64,000 nucleotides of DNA from Veleropilina oligotropha (lineage: Eukaryota), in assembly GCA_048128005.1 (NCBI GenBank), contig JBEUKZ010000100.1, positions 496,001-560,000 on the forward strand. The letters are read 5' to 3'. The notes under the pieces are model-generated. The model saw only the letters and a list, made by a program, of their open reading frames with translations, was not told the origin of the DNA and did not search any database. Numbering within the stretch: position 1 is the first letter of the stretch; each line of letters opens with the position of its first letter. The position numbers were made by a program, and so were the translations under genes. Positions 1 through 12,706 of the stretch are shown here, one piece after another.

Positions 1-323
1 AAATGACCTCTTTTCAAAAACGATATAAGTCTTACACGGCTTTCGAGATCGAGACAAAATCTTCAAAGGCATGACCTAGACTATTGGGACAACAATCTCT
101 TGGAAATGAAATTTTCATTTTTTCAATGCTAAGATCGCTACGGGCGTCCTAATCTCAATTTTGTAAAAAAATGACCTCTTTTCAAAAACGATATAAGTCT
201 TACACGGCTTTCGAGATCGAGACAAAATCTTCAAAGGCATGATCTAGATTATTGAGACAACGATCTCTTGGAAATGAAATTTTCATTTTTTCAATGCTAA
301 GATCGCTACGGGCGTCCTAATCT
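1..323. repeat. Tandem repeat, ~168-bp unit, ~2 copies visible (runs off window start)
   Basis: aaatgacctcttttcaaaaacg starts at 1 and at 169; the copies align to gggcgtcctaatct. Confidence 0.9.
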
Positions 324-930
324 TGACAAAATTTTGAAGTTTTTTCAATTTTTCATTTCTGCAGTATCTTTCAATGCACTCCACGAAATCTTTCCAATCT
401 TCCAGGGTGAGTGCGCATCGATATCAAGTAATGTTTGCCGCAAAATTTTAGCCAATAAATGCCATGGTTTCGTCGCAATCTTTGATTTTTTGAAAACATT
501 AAAATGCGCTTTTCTCAGAACTGAGTAGCGTGATCTTATCGACACTTGGTAGTTTTGACAAAGCATTATATCGGTATATGTTGTTCTAATGGAATACTTT
601 GTGAGACAAATTAAAAAGGAGTTATGAAGACATTAAATTTCTAAATTAAATTGACTAACTTCTTTAATTTTCATTTATATGAAACGTGACGCAATTCATT
701 TTATTCGTATCGAAAATATCTAATGTAATATCTATAGAATACATCGCTAAAATGAGTTGCTTGAGAGTTATTAGACTTAGTTTTTTTAGATGAATATTGC
801 TTCATAGCGCCTCTAAAAATCGTCCTTTTTCTTCCAGATTTTCGCATAAAATATACTATATAAAGATAGTTATATTAGAGAATTGTGACAAGAATACAAT
901 AAGTACTTTCATTGTTTAAAAAATACTATT

Positions 931-1131
931 TTAATTCCTCGTCTCATTTCGGCGCGACCAGCTCAGTGCTAATTGCCTTATCAGATGAAGTAGGCAGTTT
1001 ATGAGCCTGTCTCTTTGAGGTGTCATAAAGCCGTGCGCCAACCCTGTCCAGTGGGCAGCAAGGCCCTTGAGAAGTTCTGCTATCAGGCTTAAGTAAACAT
1101 TTAGCCAACAGAAGGCTACATGATTCAGTAA
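931..1131 (-). CDS. Candidate terminal coding exon of the minus-strand secreted-protein gene
   Basis: Acceptor tattaacag| at 1132-1133. The phase-0 frame is open for 66 codons (LLNHVAFCWLNV...) to TAA at 931-933. The phase-1 frame (TESCSLLLAKC...PCCP...) is also open, to TGA at 944-946. Confidence 0.35.
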   Translation of the reverse strand, partial: LLNHVAFCWLNVYLSLIAELLKGLAAHWTGLAHGFMTPQRDRLINCLLHLIRQLALSWSRRNETRN

Positions 1132-1269
1132 CTGTTAATATATGGTGAAAACATTGATATTATGTTGGTCAGTCCAGTTGCGCATTCATTATTATAGATA
1201 CTTCTTAATTTCCATCATAGGTTAATGCACAAGATAATAGATTTAAAAACTACTATACGGCGTAGAAAT

Positions 1270-1460
1270 CTAAGATTGGCGGCATTCGATTCAGAGTGGT
1301 CATATGTATATCTTAAAATATAAAAAATATTTTTTTAAATTTAGTATTTGTTTGTAATTTTTTTTTTTTTAAATTCAACTTTTTTATTTATTTTTATTTT
1401 ACGTCTTTTTTTTATTTCGTTTATCTGATTGAAGCCCTCACAGCTGCTCGCAGCTTTAAT
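1270..1460 (+). mobile_element. 3' end fragment of a Helentron/HINE-type element (same family as 25021-27943)
   Basis: gcggcattcgattcagagtgg and ttgaagccctcacagctgctcgcagct match the reverse complement of 25027-25367 (subTIR plus terminal stem-loop). Confidence 0.7.
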
Positions 1461-1529
1461 TATTATTATTATTATATACAGTAGGTTTAATGGCGGAGTT
1501 AGTGCGAATATTATTAGTGTAATTTAGCG

Positions 1530-1652
1530 ACCACAGAGCCAACAAAACTCATTAAGGCATGCATTCCTCCAAGTCTGAGAACCACATCTGGAAATATCTC
1601 AGGATATGTCCATGCGACCTCCACTGCCACGCGATAAAGATGTTTGTCACAT
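1530..1652 (-). pseudogene. Academ-like transposase fragment
   Basis: Minus strand reads CDKHLYRVAVEVAWTYPEIFPDVVLRLGGMHALMSFVGSV, resembling the DQxLY..W..P..LGGMH block of Academ transposases (recognised by eye). Confidence 0.55.
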
Positions 1653-1802
1653 CTCAAACTAGAAACATGTAGCCGTATTTTGTTCAGTTTTTGCGCAGTT
1701 ATTCACCTTTATCAGCTTAAAAATTTACACTCCACCAATTACGACAAAGCCGATGGGATAATGTGTGGCTCCCACACTTCTTGTCTTGCATGTCATACTT
1801 AC

Positions 1803-1939
1803 ATCTTCATTACATCTTTTGGAAATTGAATTGCACATTGGAAAAAGTACATTAAGTTGATCATGAAGTTTTTGACACAAGTTTGATGTACGACAGTCAC
1901 AAACATGTGGTTTCACTTTCATTGCTATGGTGGAGCCCT
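1803..1939 (-). CDS. Candidate internal exon (phase 1 to 0): GSTIAMKVKPHVCDCRTSNLCQKLHDQLNVLFPMCNSISKRCNED
   Basis: Acceptor caatag| follows a pyrimidine-rich tract; consensus donor |GTAAGT at 1802-1797; open and in frame with the 3198-3338 exon. Confidence 0.55.
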
Positions 1940-2899
1940 CTATTGTCTCAGTGAAAGTTGAAAACAGTTTTATGCTATAGAGTGTTGCCATCTTTGTTTT
2001 AAGCGTGTTACTAATTGAGCAATGTATAGTTATGGTTATGCAGTAATAATAGAATCAAGTAGCACGTACTAGAGGATTCTACATAACCATAACTATACAT
2101 ATATGATGCAAATCAGGTGTACCAAGTCAATTCATCGAAAGAACTAGTGACGTTCTAATGCATTTAACTGTCTATTTCCTTGACCTTTAACTTTGAAAGT
2201 TTGACATTAAATGTCATAATTTAGAATAAACCTTGTTGACTTCCCCAAATGCAAGTATTTGATGGGTCATTGGTTATTCTAGGTTGACTGACTGCATTAT
2301 TTTGCATTCCCCCTTTTCCTGTCCAAAAATAGCTATTTTTAGAGGTTTTTTCACATCAGTTGTCTTTCGTTTGCTATAGGGTCGTCATTATGCAATATAT
2401 TTGAACATGGGTGGGTTAAAATCATAGCAGGATGTCTAATCAAACAGAATTAGGTGTAAAAGATACAATTTAGACTTGTTTTGGGCCTACGAAAGGGCGT
2501 TTTTAACGATTTTCGGCAAGGTAAAAAAGTGGTGACCTTTTGACCTTTGGTGACCTCATTACTGGTGAACTCATTGAAATAACACCTATCATTGTAAAAA
2601 GCTCTCCAAGACCAACAGTTTGAGTGGTCACATGATCGATTATCTTTCAAAACAACGGATCTAGAGGACTTTTTGTCTTCCTTACCCCCAATTTTATGGC
2701 ATTTTTTAATATAGGACTCCCAACACAAAAGGGTTAATACAGAATATTGCTCAAGGGTGACGGGCGGTCATCCACCTGGAAATTAGAGCCTACCACCTAG
2801 TCTACCAGAAACTGCAAAGAAAACAACTTTAACTCTCGGTGCAGAGTATGACTCCTCGGCACCCGGACTATAATAAATATAAATATGTACCAGTTTTCG

Positions 2900-3113
2900 C
2901 ATGGATTGGATCGATGCTGATGTCGTGTATAATTATAATCGCACGCGGAAACACACCCTCTCTGGCCAGTCTCGGACAACTGCGATTGATAACTGAACAA
3001 AGAATGTCATTGTCCCAACCGAGATAGGAACACCCATTGGCTACTGATAGTTAGCGCAATCGAGCGAGTAATTTCAGAGTCTGCGCTCGAGACCACACGA
3101 CTAAAGAAGCGAC
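2900..3113 (-). mobile_element. tRNA-derived SINE with V/Meta-like core, degenerate
   Basis: Aligns by eye to copies at 3795-4030, 37505-37720 and 60152-60410 (ctctgaaattac..., cagttgtc...gagagggtg.gtttc). Confidence 0.7.
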
Positions 3114-3197
3114 TGGTTTTCGTATGGATTATATTAAATAACAATATACAGACAAAAAGAATAAAGTGTGTTCGACAGTACAGTTTGTGCCACTTAC

Positions 3198-3338
3198 TCG
3201 ACATTGTATGCACAAAGAGCGACTTCTTTATGTAAAGGTTTTTGATGGCTTGGCGATAAGCGGTATTCACAACGCCTATGGAAGAAGGACAGTGAACATT
3301 CACCAGGACGACAACGGGTGATAATGAACTGTGGGGGT
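3198..3338 (-). CDS. Candidate internal exon (141 nt, phase 1-1): DPHSSLSPVVVLVNVHCPSSIGVVNTAYRQAIKNLYIKKSLFVHTMS
   Basis: Acceptor tttgtatttatatgctctag|, donor |GTAAGT at 3197-3192; open and in frame with the flanking candidate exons. Confidence 0.6.
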
Positions 3339-3794
3339 CTAGAGCATATAAATACAAAGTAAAACTGACAAGCTGCTTGGTGTATATATATATTTCGTTT
3401 ATGCAGGACACAACCTCAATCGATTATCAACGAAAAAGTTATAGTTTAACTCTAACACCCCTTTCAGTGTGAATGGCATAATGAATCAGAAACGAAAAGA
3501 GCTTCTTGTTCACGAAAATCTAGGTTTTGACTATATCTTCCTGTTTGGGGATTCGATAATAGATTGTTACATCAAATAGCTTAGGCAGAACCCATTCCAT
3601 TGGTCAGTACAAAACCATCAGTACTGATAACTCTGAAGGCACTATGCTTTGAATGGAAAAGTCAGTATTGGCAAATTACAAACAGGAAAACACCAGAAGG
3701 CATCATTGATGTGTGAAACCGGTGAATTGCGTGTGCAGTGGAGACCACAGCTACCTTATAACACCATATCATGTGGCCAACATGTCATTATCTT

Positions 3795-4030
3795 AAGCCG
3801 TGTGATTTCGGTTGCAAACTCTGAAATTACCCGCTTGATTCCACTGACACGAACAGTAGTGGGTTCGAATCTCGATTGGGGACATGACGTTATGCGTTCA
3901 GTTATAAATTAATCCCAGTTGTCTGTAATTGGTCGGAGAGGGTGGGTTTCCTCCGATACCGTCTTTCCTCCCGCGACAATAATCACATGTCGTGCTTTGA
4001 ACCTGATGGTTGTAAATATGCATAACATTA
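3795..4030 (+). mobile_element. tRNA-derived SINE with V/Meta-like core
   Basis: B-box gggttcgaatc and core ggtgggtttcctccgataccgtctttcctccc; dispersed copies elsewhere in the window. Confidence 0.7.
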
Positions 4031-5144
4031 ATCAATCTCATCAAGTCATCATCCGGTTAAGAACGCACGTTGTACTAAAACGTATAGTGTATATGATCAA
4101 CGGGAATAATGTGCAATAGCAGCATTCATATTATTATGTTCGTTTCCCTGTTATTTTACAGTAATACTACATAACAATTCTTGTAATTTCACTTATATCC
4201 CTTGTTAATGACGCAATAATATAAGCTATATCCCTAATGTATGTCGGTCAGATCGGAGTGAGACCGTAAACCGGTTTGTTCCGACTACGATACGGCTGAA
4301 CAATTGCCAAAAGTGGTCGCAAAACAATGTTGTCAATCACCTAATTGATTGCCGATTTACTCTACTATAGTATTTACGTCACGCCCGAAAGTGAATTTAA
4401 ATCGCGCGAATTAAACATATACGGGTCCCTGTAAACAAAATTATTTCAGCATGTTTGGGATGCCATGAACCACGTATATGTATACCGAAATATGCCATTT
4501 AGTTAACAAGTTAGCCAAGAGTTTGTAATTTAATTGATCACATTTCTTAACATATTTTCAAACAACTGTGTTGGATAAATTAGTCACATAATATTTTCCT
4601 TGGGAAGAATTTTACGATAAACCCACTTGAAAAATACTTCAATGACATATAATCTTATAAAATTATTTAAACCTCAATGACATATAATCTTGTAAATCGA
4701 AAAGACTAACAAATGCAGTTTATTGAACGTCAATTTTACTATTATGATTAAATTCATTTCTCTTTGAAACTAAATGTCAACGCGGGTCACTGTCGCAAAA
4801 TCAGAAAATCGGTCAATGCTTTATTCGCCTGGCTGCTGTCCCCTTTCATGCGCTTATTGTACGTAATGATTGAACTTAGAAGGTAACCTGACCCTGGCCG
4901 ATTCAACTTGCGTCTGTCTTTCACACAGATAATCCGGTCAACATTTCAAAAAACAACTTTAACAATGCCGTTCATAACAGATACGCCAATATGTAAATGT
5001 TATTTAGGTTCAGGTCTGTTGTTTTTTTTCGCTAGCGCCGTCAAAACGCGGTCGTTGCCGTGAGACAACAAAGCTACTTTATAGAATTCACAAGAATGTC
5101 ATACATGCAAAAATATAACCACAAGTTATAAGTTGAATTCTGAC

Positions 5145-5309
5145 CTTTTATACCCATCCTTTTTATAGCCTGGACATCAAAACTAGGCAGCACTAGATAA
5201 CCTGTGTCTATTGATGTTATTTTCTTAGCATGACGATTCACGTACGCACGAAGATTTTCATAAATAATACAATTATATTCTTCATAGAGGCTTATACGCG
5301 AATGGTGAT
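5145..5309 (-). CDS. Candidate internal exon (165 nt, phase 1-1): HHSRISLYEEYNCIIYENLRAYVNRHAKKITSIDTGYLVLPSFDVQAIKRMGIK
   Basis: Acceptor cattcttcaccag|, donor aaaag|gtcaga; open; joins the 3198-3338 exon in frame. Confidence 0.55.
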
Positions 5310-5518
5310 CTGGTGAAGAATGCCAACAACATATCAATACATGAACAGTGTAATCAGCATGCATGTTACCCAAAGTACTACAAGGGAACTCTTAATAAAC
5401 GGTCAAGAAAATTTAGAACAAATCTGGAAAATTATTAACACCAAGACACCATAATCAAAACTGAATAACAAACATTATATAATTCAATGAATATTTTGTA
5501 AATATAGGACCTACACAA

Positions 5519-5670
5519 AGTTTATTGTAATGGTAGCAAACCCTGCTTAACTTCCACTGACCCCAATGACCATGGAATATATTATTATGTAGTTTAGGGT
5601 TAGGTATATATTCCATGGATATTGGGGTCAGTGGTAGTTAATCAGGGTCCGCTACCATTACCATAAATTT
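5519..5670. repeat. ~60-bp-arm inverted repeat (foldback/MITE) with ttagggttagg in the loop
   Basis: taatggtagc..ccactgaccccaat..ccatggaatata pairs with tatattccatgg..attggggtcagtgg..gctaccatta. Confidence 0.85.
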
Positions 5671-5984
5671 CGTGAAGGGTTTTCCATAATCCTCGCTTAG
5701 TTGCAAAATTTAGGAGGGCACCATTTTAATAAGTAACGGTGACAGACTGTCCGTTTTCGATCAACTGTGCTCATCTTATGCAACTGTATTATGATTTTTT
5801 AGTATACATGAACACCAGTTTATTATAATATTACATTGTATGATATGCTTTCAGTTAAAGCAAATTCATGATCTCTTTATGTTATATGTAATTTGATGAA
5901 GCGGAAGTCATTAATTTAGACAGCTTCATTGCTCAACCAATGATTACCGCAATGGTAACTTTCTCTCACGATATGTCAGCATAT

Positions 5985-6434
5985 GGCCTCAGACTACAAT
6001 TAAATTTACTATGTTCTATCATATAGCCTTAGACGCTCTAGCGTGTACACAGAGTTTGATAGACATTCCATTCTCTCAAGAAATATTTACATACATGTAA
6101 GCAACATTTAATGAAAAGTAGTCAATTCATGACCAGCTACATTTTTCGCTATATCCATTTATGTTTACCCTCTAGCGGACATGGACAAATCACACACTCA
6201 CCGCGGAGGGATAGGGGAAAAGTCAGGATATGCTTCTTTAAAAAGGAGGACTCAGATATTGATTAATTGCATACCTGATGAAACGTAAACATCTTCTCAA
6301 TGAGATGCAGTGAAAAATTACACCAGCAAATGTACAGAAATACATGAAGTAACACCATTCCACAGGGAACTATTTAGCCTTCGTCACATCCGGATAGAGG
6401 AAAATTTCAGGATAGATAACTGTAGTCTGAGGCC
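5985..6434. mobile_element. MITE copy 1 (TIR ggcctcagactaca / tgtagtctgaggcc)
   Basis: 14-bp TIRs; near-identical second copy at 11012-12123. Confidence 0.9.
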
Positions 6435-6470
6435 TATTTGGGACAATTTATAAAAAAAATCTGCATGTTA

Positions 6471-7024
6471 TGCCTATGTCACAAATACATCGTAAGCGGA
6501 TACGGCGCCCGTACGATGTGTGTTTTTGAAGATGTCGTACGGTCATCGGCGACATCCTGCGGACATCGGAGACCTTTTCGCCGATTTTTTGGGCATCACA
6601 GGGTCATCGGCAACTTTTAACGCGGAGTTATAATTTTTAGATAATCGTACGATTTTGAAATCAGGAACTCATCGCAGGCATATCGCAAGGATGCCTTGCG
6701 GTTAACTTACTCCGTAAGAGATCGTAGCAAGCCCGTAGGGCATCCGCACGGCATCCTTACGATGTCGGGACAAAATGCGAAAGCTGTAAGGTGACCGTAC
6801 GGGGATCGCAAGCTGACCTTACGGGAATCGTAATGTAATTTTACGATGTCCGCACGTTTTAACCGCCCGCAAAATTGTGTTAGCCCGTACGGGCACCGTA
6901 TCTAATGTGACCACGGCACATACTTTCGCCAGAAACCTACGATTCTTCCCCGATGTCGGGGAAGCCGAGACGCCGTACGATTATTCTCCATCGCACGGCG
7001 CCCGGTGTATTTGTGACATAGGCA
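6471..7024. mobile_element. PIF/Harbinger-type MITE
   Basis: TIR tgcctatgtcacaaatac / gtatttgtgacataggca flanked by TTA/TAA; CG-rich subterminal repeats. Confidence 0.85.
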
Positions 7025-7859
7025 TAATGAAGACAATCATATCATAAGCCGACATTGAAAATAGAGAACAATTCCGGTGTACAATAAAAATTATACGTCA
7101 TTTTCCGTTGCATGACAGGTACCGATTTCTGTGGATGATTTTCAGACATGAAATTACCTTTAATACGGTCAAACACGGATATGTTGTAATTTTGTCCTGT
7201 ATTTTCAATTCCCTTTCAATAACCACTATTGTGCTACAGTGCTCTGTGGATATAGTAGAGGTGCGCGGTTTTACCGGTATACCGGTAGATACCGCGATTC
7301 TCAATGCAAGTCGGTAGGCCTACGTACCGCGGTACATCTGCCAGTACCGGTACTAAACCGGTATTTTACAAGACTCAAAAATGTTAAGGATGAGTAGCTA
7401 TAAACGTGTATCACACATCGTTGGTAGCTCACGGATCCAGAAGTCAACGGCTGTGCGTTTTAGAAACGGTCAGTAATAAAGCAATTGCTCAAAAAAAGTT
7501 CTGGCGATTTAGCGCTATGAGAAAACATTACAATAAGGTAACTATTCCGCAAACTTACCAAAAGCTACCAAATCATATTGTTCGTCTTCTTTAGCATGTA
7601 ACATTGTAAATTTCGTCTTTGTTCCGTGAAAATATAGCTTTTACCTTTATCGTCAATATGCACATTGTGTTCCGGCTTCGTGTAGATACATGACTACTAA
7701 TTGTATTACAGCCACACGCTTCGTTTTTTCAGTATATACTTTTTGTTTATCTCACCGGGGAGCTAAGTCCCCGATGTCATAGGGTCGAAGGGGTAATAAA
7801 TCGATATACAGGTAAATTTTACCCGTATATCGCATTAACGGCACATAGTGCTTACTTTA

Positions 7860-9200
7860 CAGACAGACAGGCCTAACTGGCATAATAAGCAACTAAAACG
7901 TTGCTTCAATGCAAGCATATCATAACATATATTCTGATCAAAAATACAAAAAAGGCAAAAGCCAAAAATGTGATCAGAATACGGTATCACAAATAAACAA
8001 AAAGCATAGCCAAAATTGTGACCAAAATGTTACAAATAATATATACAAATAGGCATGACGGCCCGACAAAAATGTGACAAAAGTGCCACAAACAAAATAT
8101 ATATATACAAATGGGCATGACGGCCCAACAAAGGCATAAGCCAAAAATGTGACCAAAGTGTCACTAAAAGTAAAAGGCGCTAGTGCACACAAAGTTAAGT
8201 ATATTTACAATAGGACTGTCAGCCGTGAACCCTCCAAGCTTGCAAACACGTCATTGTAGCACCATATGCGTGAGAAGGAGGCAATGCCTCGCTTGCTCAA
8301 TAATGCACGTTCATGTTCATAAAGTATAAACATGCGCAAATGGGCCACAAAAACTGCTCATAAGCTAGCAAGATGATCAAATCATCCTGCGGAGAGTACA
8401 CCTGATGGAAACGACGTTTCCACAAGACTGACAGTCCATACATAAACAATCGACCACAACCCTGTGATCCTTGGAAATTTTAGACAACAGGGTGCGGTCA
8501 CGAAATATTATGTACAGGGCAGGAATTAAAACATCCTGCCCCAGATAACGGGAAAGAAGGTTGGCAACCCAGACCCAAAAAGAGCGGACAATGTCACATA
8601 GCACGAAAAGATGCATCAGTGTCTCTTCGCCAGACTGGCAAAGAGGACAACTGACATACGTGACAATGCCCACCTTCTGCAGCTTTGCTCGAACCCACAG
8701 CTGCCTCTGCAGCAGCAACCAAGGAACCTCGCGGACTGTATTGGGGACAGGCATCTTAAAAATCCCCAACCATATTGGCTTCCAGTTGCTTGGTGCGGAG
8801 TGGGCTCCCATGCTTGGACGGCAACGGGCTCAGTTGCATGCTCGTCGACCAAATGGGTGTACCATTATTTGGACGGCAAGTCAAAGCAACCGTGGCTAGT
8901 ACCATCCAAAGCAAGGACGGAATATGCCCCGGACGCGGATTCCCGATCTCCGGCCGGCAAAGCGAACCAGTCGCCAGGAATCGCACGTTTAAGATAGGTA
9001 CAAAGACGTCTAACGTCCAGGGCTCTTGATGAGGTCTTGTCGATGATGGTTTCGATCGACAGAAAAGTTCTGTCATCGCGATCGACCAAGTCGCCAAGTG
9101 TCATGATACCTCCCCTCTCAAATGATGGGAAGAACAGAGGCCGTCGACGGTCAACAAGAATCAGAGGGGTGCCAACAAAGCTGCAGCCCAGGACTTTTCA
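7860..9200 (-). mobile_element. L1/Tx1-clade LINE 3' fragment (C-terminal zinc-finger region plus 3' UTR), frameshifted; ends approximate
   Basis: ORF 8377-8811 has W..IW...P...R...W.L.... CPLCQSGEETLMHLFVLC..VRSFW, a zf-RVT-type motif. Confidence 0.75.
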
Positions 9201-11011
9201 GTATATACTATTTACAGACCCAACCTACTTTAAATGCCTCATAAAGTTCAACAATTATAAATCAAGGAAACTATTAAGTATTTAAAAATTGAAAGTATTT
9301 ATTTTGATATTTGGAGAATTTATCGTAATTCATATACTACGATAGTAGGCCTACATTAGTAAAGGCCTACTTGGAAGTCTCTGATGACCGTGATCATTAA
9401 ACATCAATTCCTCAACATCATTCGGATTCGTAATTCAAGCCAGACACGAAAATATTGAACAGTAGTTAATACATTAGTAGTGATTACAAATAACGTTGTA
9501 GGCGTAGAAAATATGCGTACTACTGGGAGTAGGAGCCATAGTTTGAAAAATATAAATAAATCAATTAAGTTAACAGCTGTAATATTTTTCAAATAAAGGA
9601 TGTTTTTGCGTTGCAAATAATTATTCTATATTCAATTATTTTACATATATGGTATTACTTTGACTTCACGTGACAGGTCATTTGACAACCTCGCCACGTC
9701 TATCAAGTGTCGTAAGATTTCTAAACACTATGCTACTGACATGCCAAGTTTGGTTTACATACCTGAAATTGTGCCACGTATATGACAATGAGATGCTTGT
9801 AAATACATATGTGAGTAATTCTTGGCAATAAAATAAATGAATTGTCTGGTAAAAATGTCTAATAGTATTATACAGAGTGCGGATTGCTGGTCATATTCAA
9901 ATAATTCTATGATATATAAGATATATTACCATATCTTTGAATCTGGCCTTACTTACTGGCTTGACACCACATTATAGTTGAACGATTACTGCGTCTTAAT
10001 TAACCATTGGTGACAACAGTCCAAAATAGTGTCTAATTCTAATTTAAAGGCCAAGTAAGGAATTTACAGTGATTCCAACCTGATCCTGGTGCATGATTTT
10101 TATTAATTTTGGAGTTGTCTCCATTTTCAACAGAAAAATTGTTAGAATATAATAACTATAAGAACACATTTTATGCGTGCTGCATTATTTTTACCTGATA
10201 ATCTATAATTATATCAATCCTGTATCAGTTAATTCACGCCCTGACAGCTTCGGAAGAACACAAATTATATATTTATGTATAAATAGACCTGTGCAGATTG
10301 TAATTTTCATCTCAAATACAGCTGTATGTCAGTATCTGTTTCACTTATGCTTGTTATGCATATATTCAGCTATAAATTGTACCACATTTCTGCTCACTAT
10401 TTTACATAGCCATATCTTGCATAATGCCAGATTTGCCTTAAATGTGAAGTTTGCTGATGAAATATAATCGAGCATACATGGTGAATATGAAGGCTAATTA
10501 TGTCCATTTTACATGCATTTAGTTGCACAACACATGGTTTAAATATTGAATGTTATTAATTTATGCTTGGACAACACCACAAAATATAATTAATGCATTT
10601 CAGTGTTTTTGGTTCACTATAAACTGCAAAAATCCATTCTTTAACATTAACAACAGTGCAGAATGTTCATTTCAACATATTTAAATTGATCCAGCTGGCC
10701 ATAAAAATCACAAAAACAACCCAAGTTGTTATATTAGTGGGTTATAATACATCAGTAAATGCAATTGGTGCCATCTAACATAACTTTATACTGAAAATAA
10801 TATTATAAAGACATAATTTTCAAAATTTTAATTATTAAAAATTAAAGTATTTAAAAATTCAATTTAGTAAAGGTAAATAAACTTTTGCAGTTAACAAAAT
10901 AATGAGCATTGCATATAGATTATTTGTGACAAATTTGACTACATGGCGTAACAAATAATGCTTTAATCCGATTTTCAGCTACAAGCCCTTTAACATATGT
11001 GTGCCATACCA

Positions 11012-12123
11012 GGCCTCAGACTACAATTAAATTTACTATGTTCTATCATATAGCCTTAAGGCATCCACACACCAACGCAGCGCGTAAGCAGCGCAGTGCC
11101 GCGCAGCGCGTATGTTTAACCCACATTTGAGCAGCGCAGCGGCGCTGCATAAACGAAGACAAGCATTGTGAGTCACTCGTAACTGCTTAAAATAGTTATT
11201 GAATGCAGGAGAAATGCATGCAGAATCAACTACAGTGTATACGTATATATAACAGAACAGTATACGTTTATACTAGTATATGCAATTATAGTCAACACGT
11301 CTGTAGTTTCTGGATGATTGAACGAGAAAGAGAAGCCATTGTGGTCATGTATATGAGAAGAAAACGGCGCCAATCACAAAGACGTGTACCGGGTATGGAT
11401 AAACAATACTCAACAGAGAAGAAGAGAATGTGGCGAGTATCATCTTCAAGCAGTATTTCAGAATGCCCATAAACCAACTCGATGATATTCTTGCGGTTGT
11501 TAGACTGCAATATACCATCTTCAAAAGGGGATTCCCCGGAGCGTCGAAGCAGCAAGCAGCAAAAATCGCTTTTTTCGCGATCCGAAAATTTTGCTGCTCA
11601 CGCGCTGTGTTAGTTAAGGTTGATCATCATAAATCAACATGAGTGATTTTGGGGGTTCTCGCGCGCTTCGCTGCGCTTCGCTGCGCTTCTTACACGCTGC
11701 GTTGGTGTGTGGAGGCCTTAAGACGCTCTAGCGTGTACACAGAGTTTGATAGACATTCCATTCTCTCAAGAAATATTTACATACATGTAAGCAACATTTA
11801 ATGAAAAATTCGTCAATTCATGACCGGCTACATTTTTCGCTATATCCATTTATGTTTACCCTCTAGCTGACATGTACAAATCACACAGTCACCGCGGAGG
11901 GATAAGGGAAAAGTCAGGATATGCTTCTTTAAAAAGGAGACCTCAGATATTGGATAATTGCATACCTGATTAAACTTAAACATCTTATCAATGAGATGCA
12001 GTGAAAATTACACCAGCAAATGTACAGAAATACATGAAGTAACACCATTCCACAGGGCACTATTTAGCCTTCGTCACATCCGGATAGAGGAAATTTCAGG
12101 ATAGATAACTGTAGTCTGAGGCC
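11012..12123. mobile_element. MITE copy 2 carrying a nested Harbinger
   Basis: Same TIRs and body as 5985-6434, split at gcctta|gacgc. Confidence 0.9.
11059..11718 (+). mobile_element. Non-autonomous PIF/Harbinger with an N-terminal transposase relic
   Basis: TIR aggc(a/c)tccacacaccaacgcagcg, TTA/TAA flanks; FKQYFRMPINQLDDILAVV resembles the Harbinger FxxYFRMxxxxFxxLL motif. Confidence 0.85.
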
Positions 12124-12706
12124 ATATCAGGATGGCATTCAACGACCGCACATATACTAGTATTGAACATACTGCATGGTGGGTATTGATAACACCGTCA
12201 GGCGCTACAAGTCTTATGGCGAGCATTTAATACATGGCAGATGGATGGAGGATACGAGAATGATGTTTTGTGCCGGGTTGAAATTCGATTTTATTTTGTT
12301 AACAAACAAAGATAATCCAGATGCACTTACCTTATTTAGCCATGCATATCTTAATGTTTCCACAGACAAATGACAATTGTGTCCCCAATCAAAAAGATAT
12401 CAGTTAAATACCCAGGAATCTATTATCGTAAATTAGATACACAATTGTATAATCGTAAAAAAACATCTTACATAACATTTAGGTAATCATATGTGTTCAT
12501 GGTCAATGGTTTTTTATCGTCGTCACTTTTAGTTTAAAAATATTGGATGTATAATGATGACGACAATTCAATCCTAACATTGGCTATCAACTTTAATCAA
12601 TGGAGGAAGTTGACAATCTGTGCAAACAGGATTTTGATTTGATTTGATCCTTAAAATAAAAATAAAAGTTTTAAGAACCTTCAGGTTCATACCCGGGCAT
12701 GTGTGA

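Noticed and set aside
7158..7243. Exon-like segment HCSTIVVIERELKIQDKITTYPCLTVLK (minus)
   Set aside because: AG/GT are present but it ends in phase 0 and I found no compatible partner before the phase-1 exon at 5309
7255..7368. hAT-like terminus with accggt repeats
   Set aside because: No matching second TIR or TSD found
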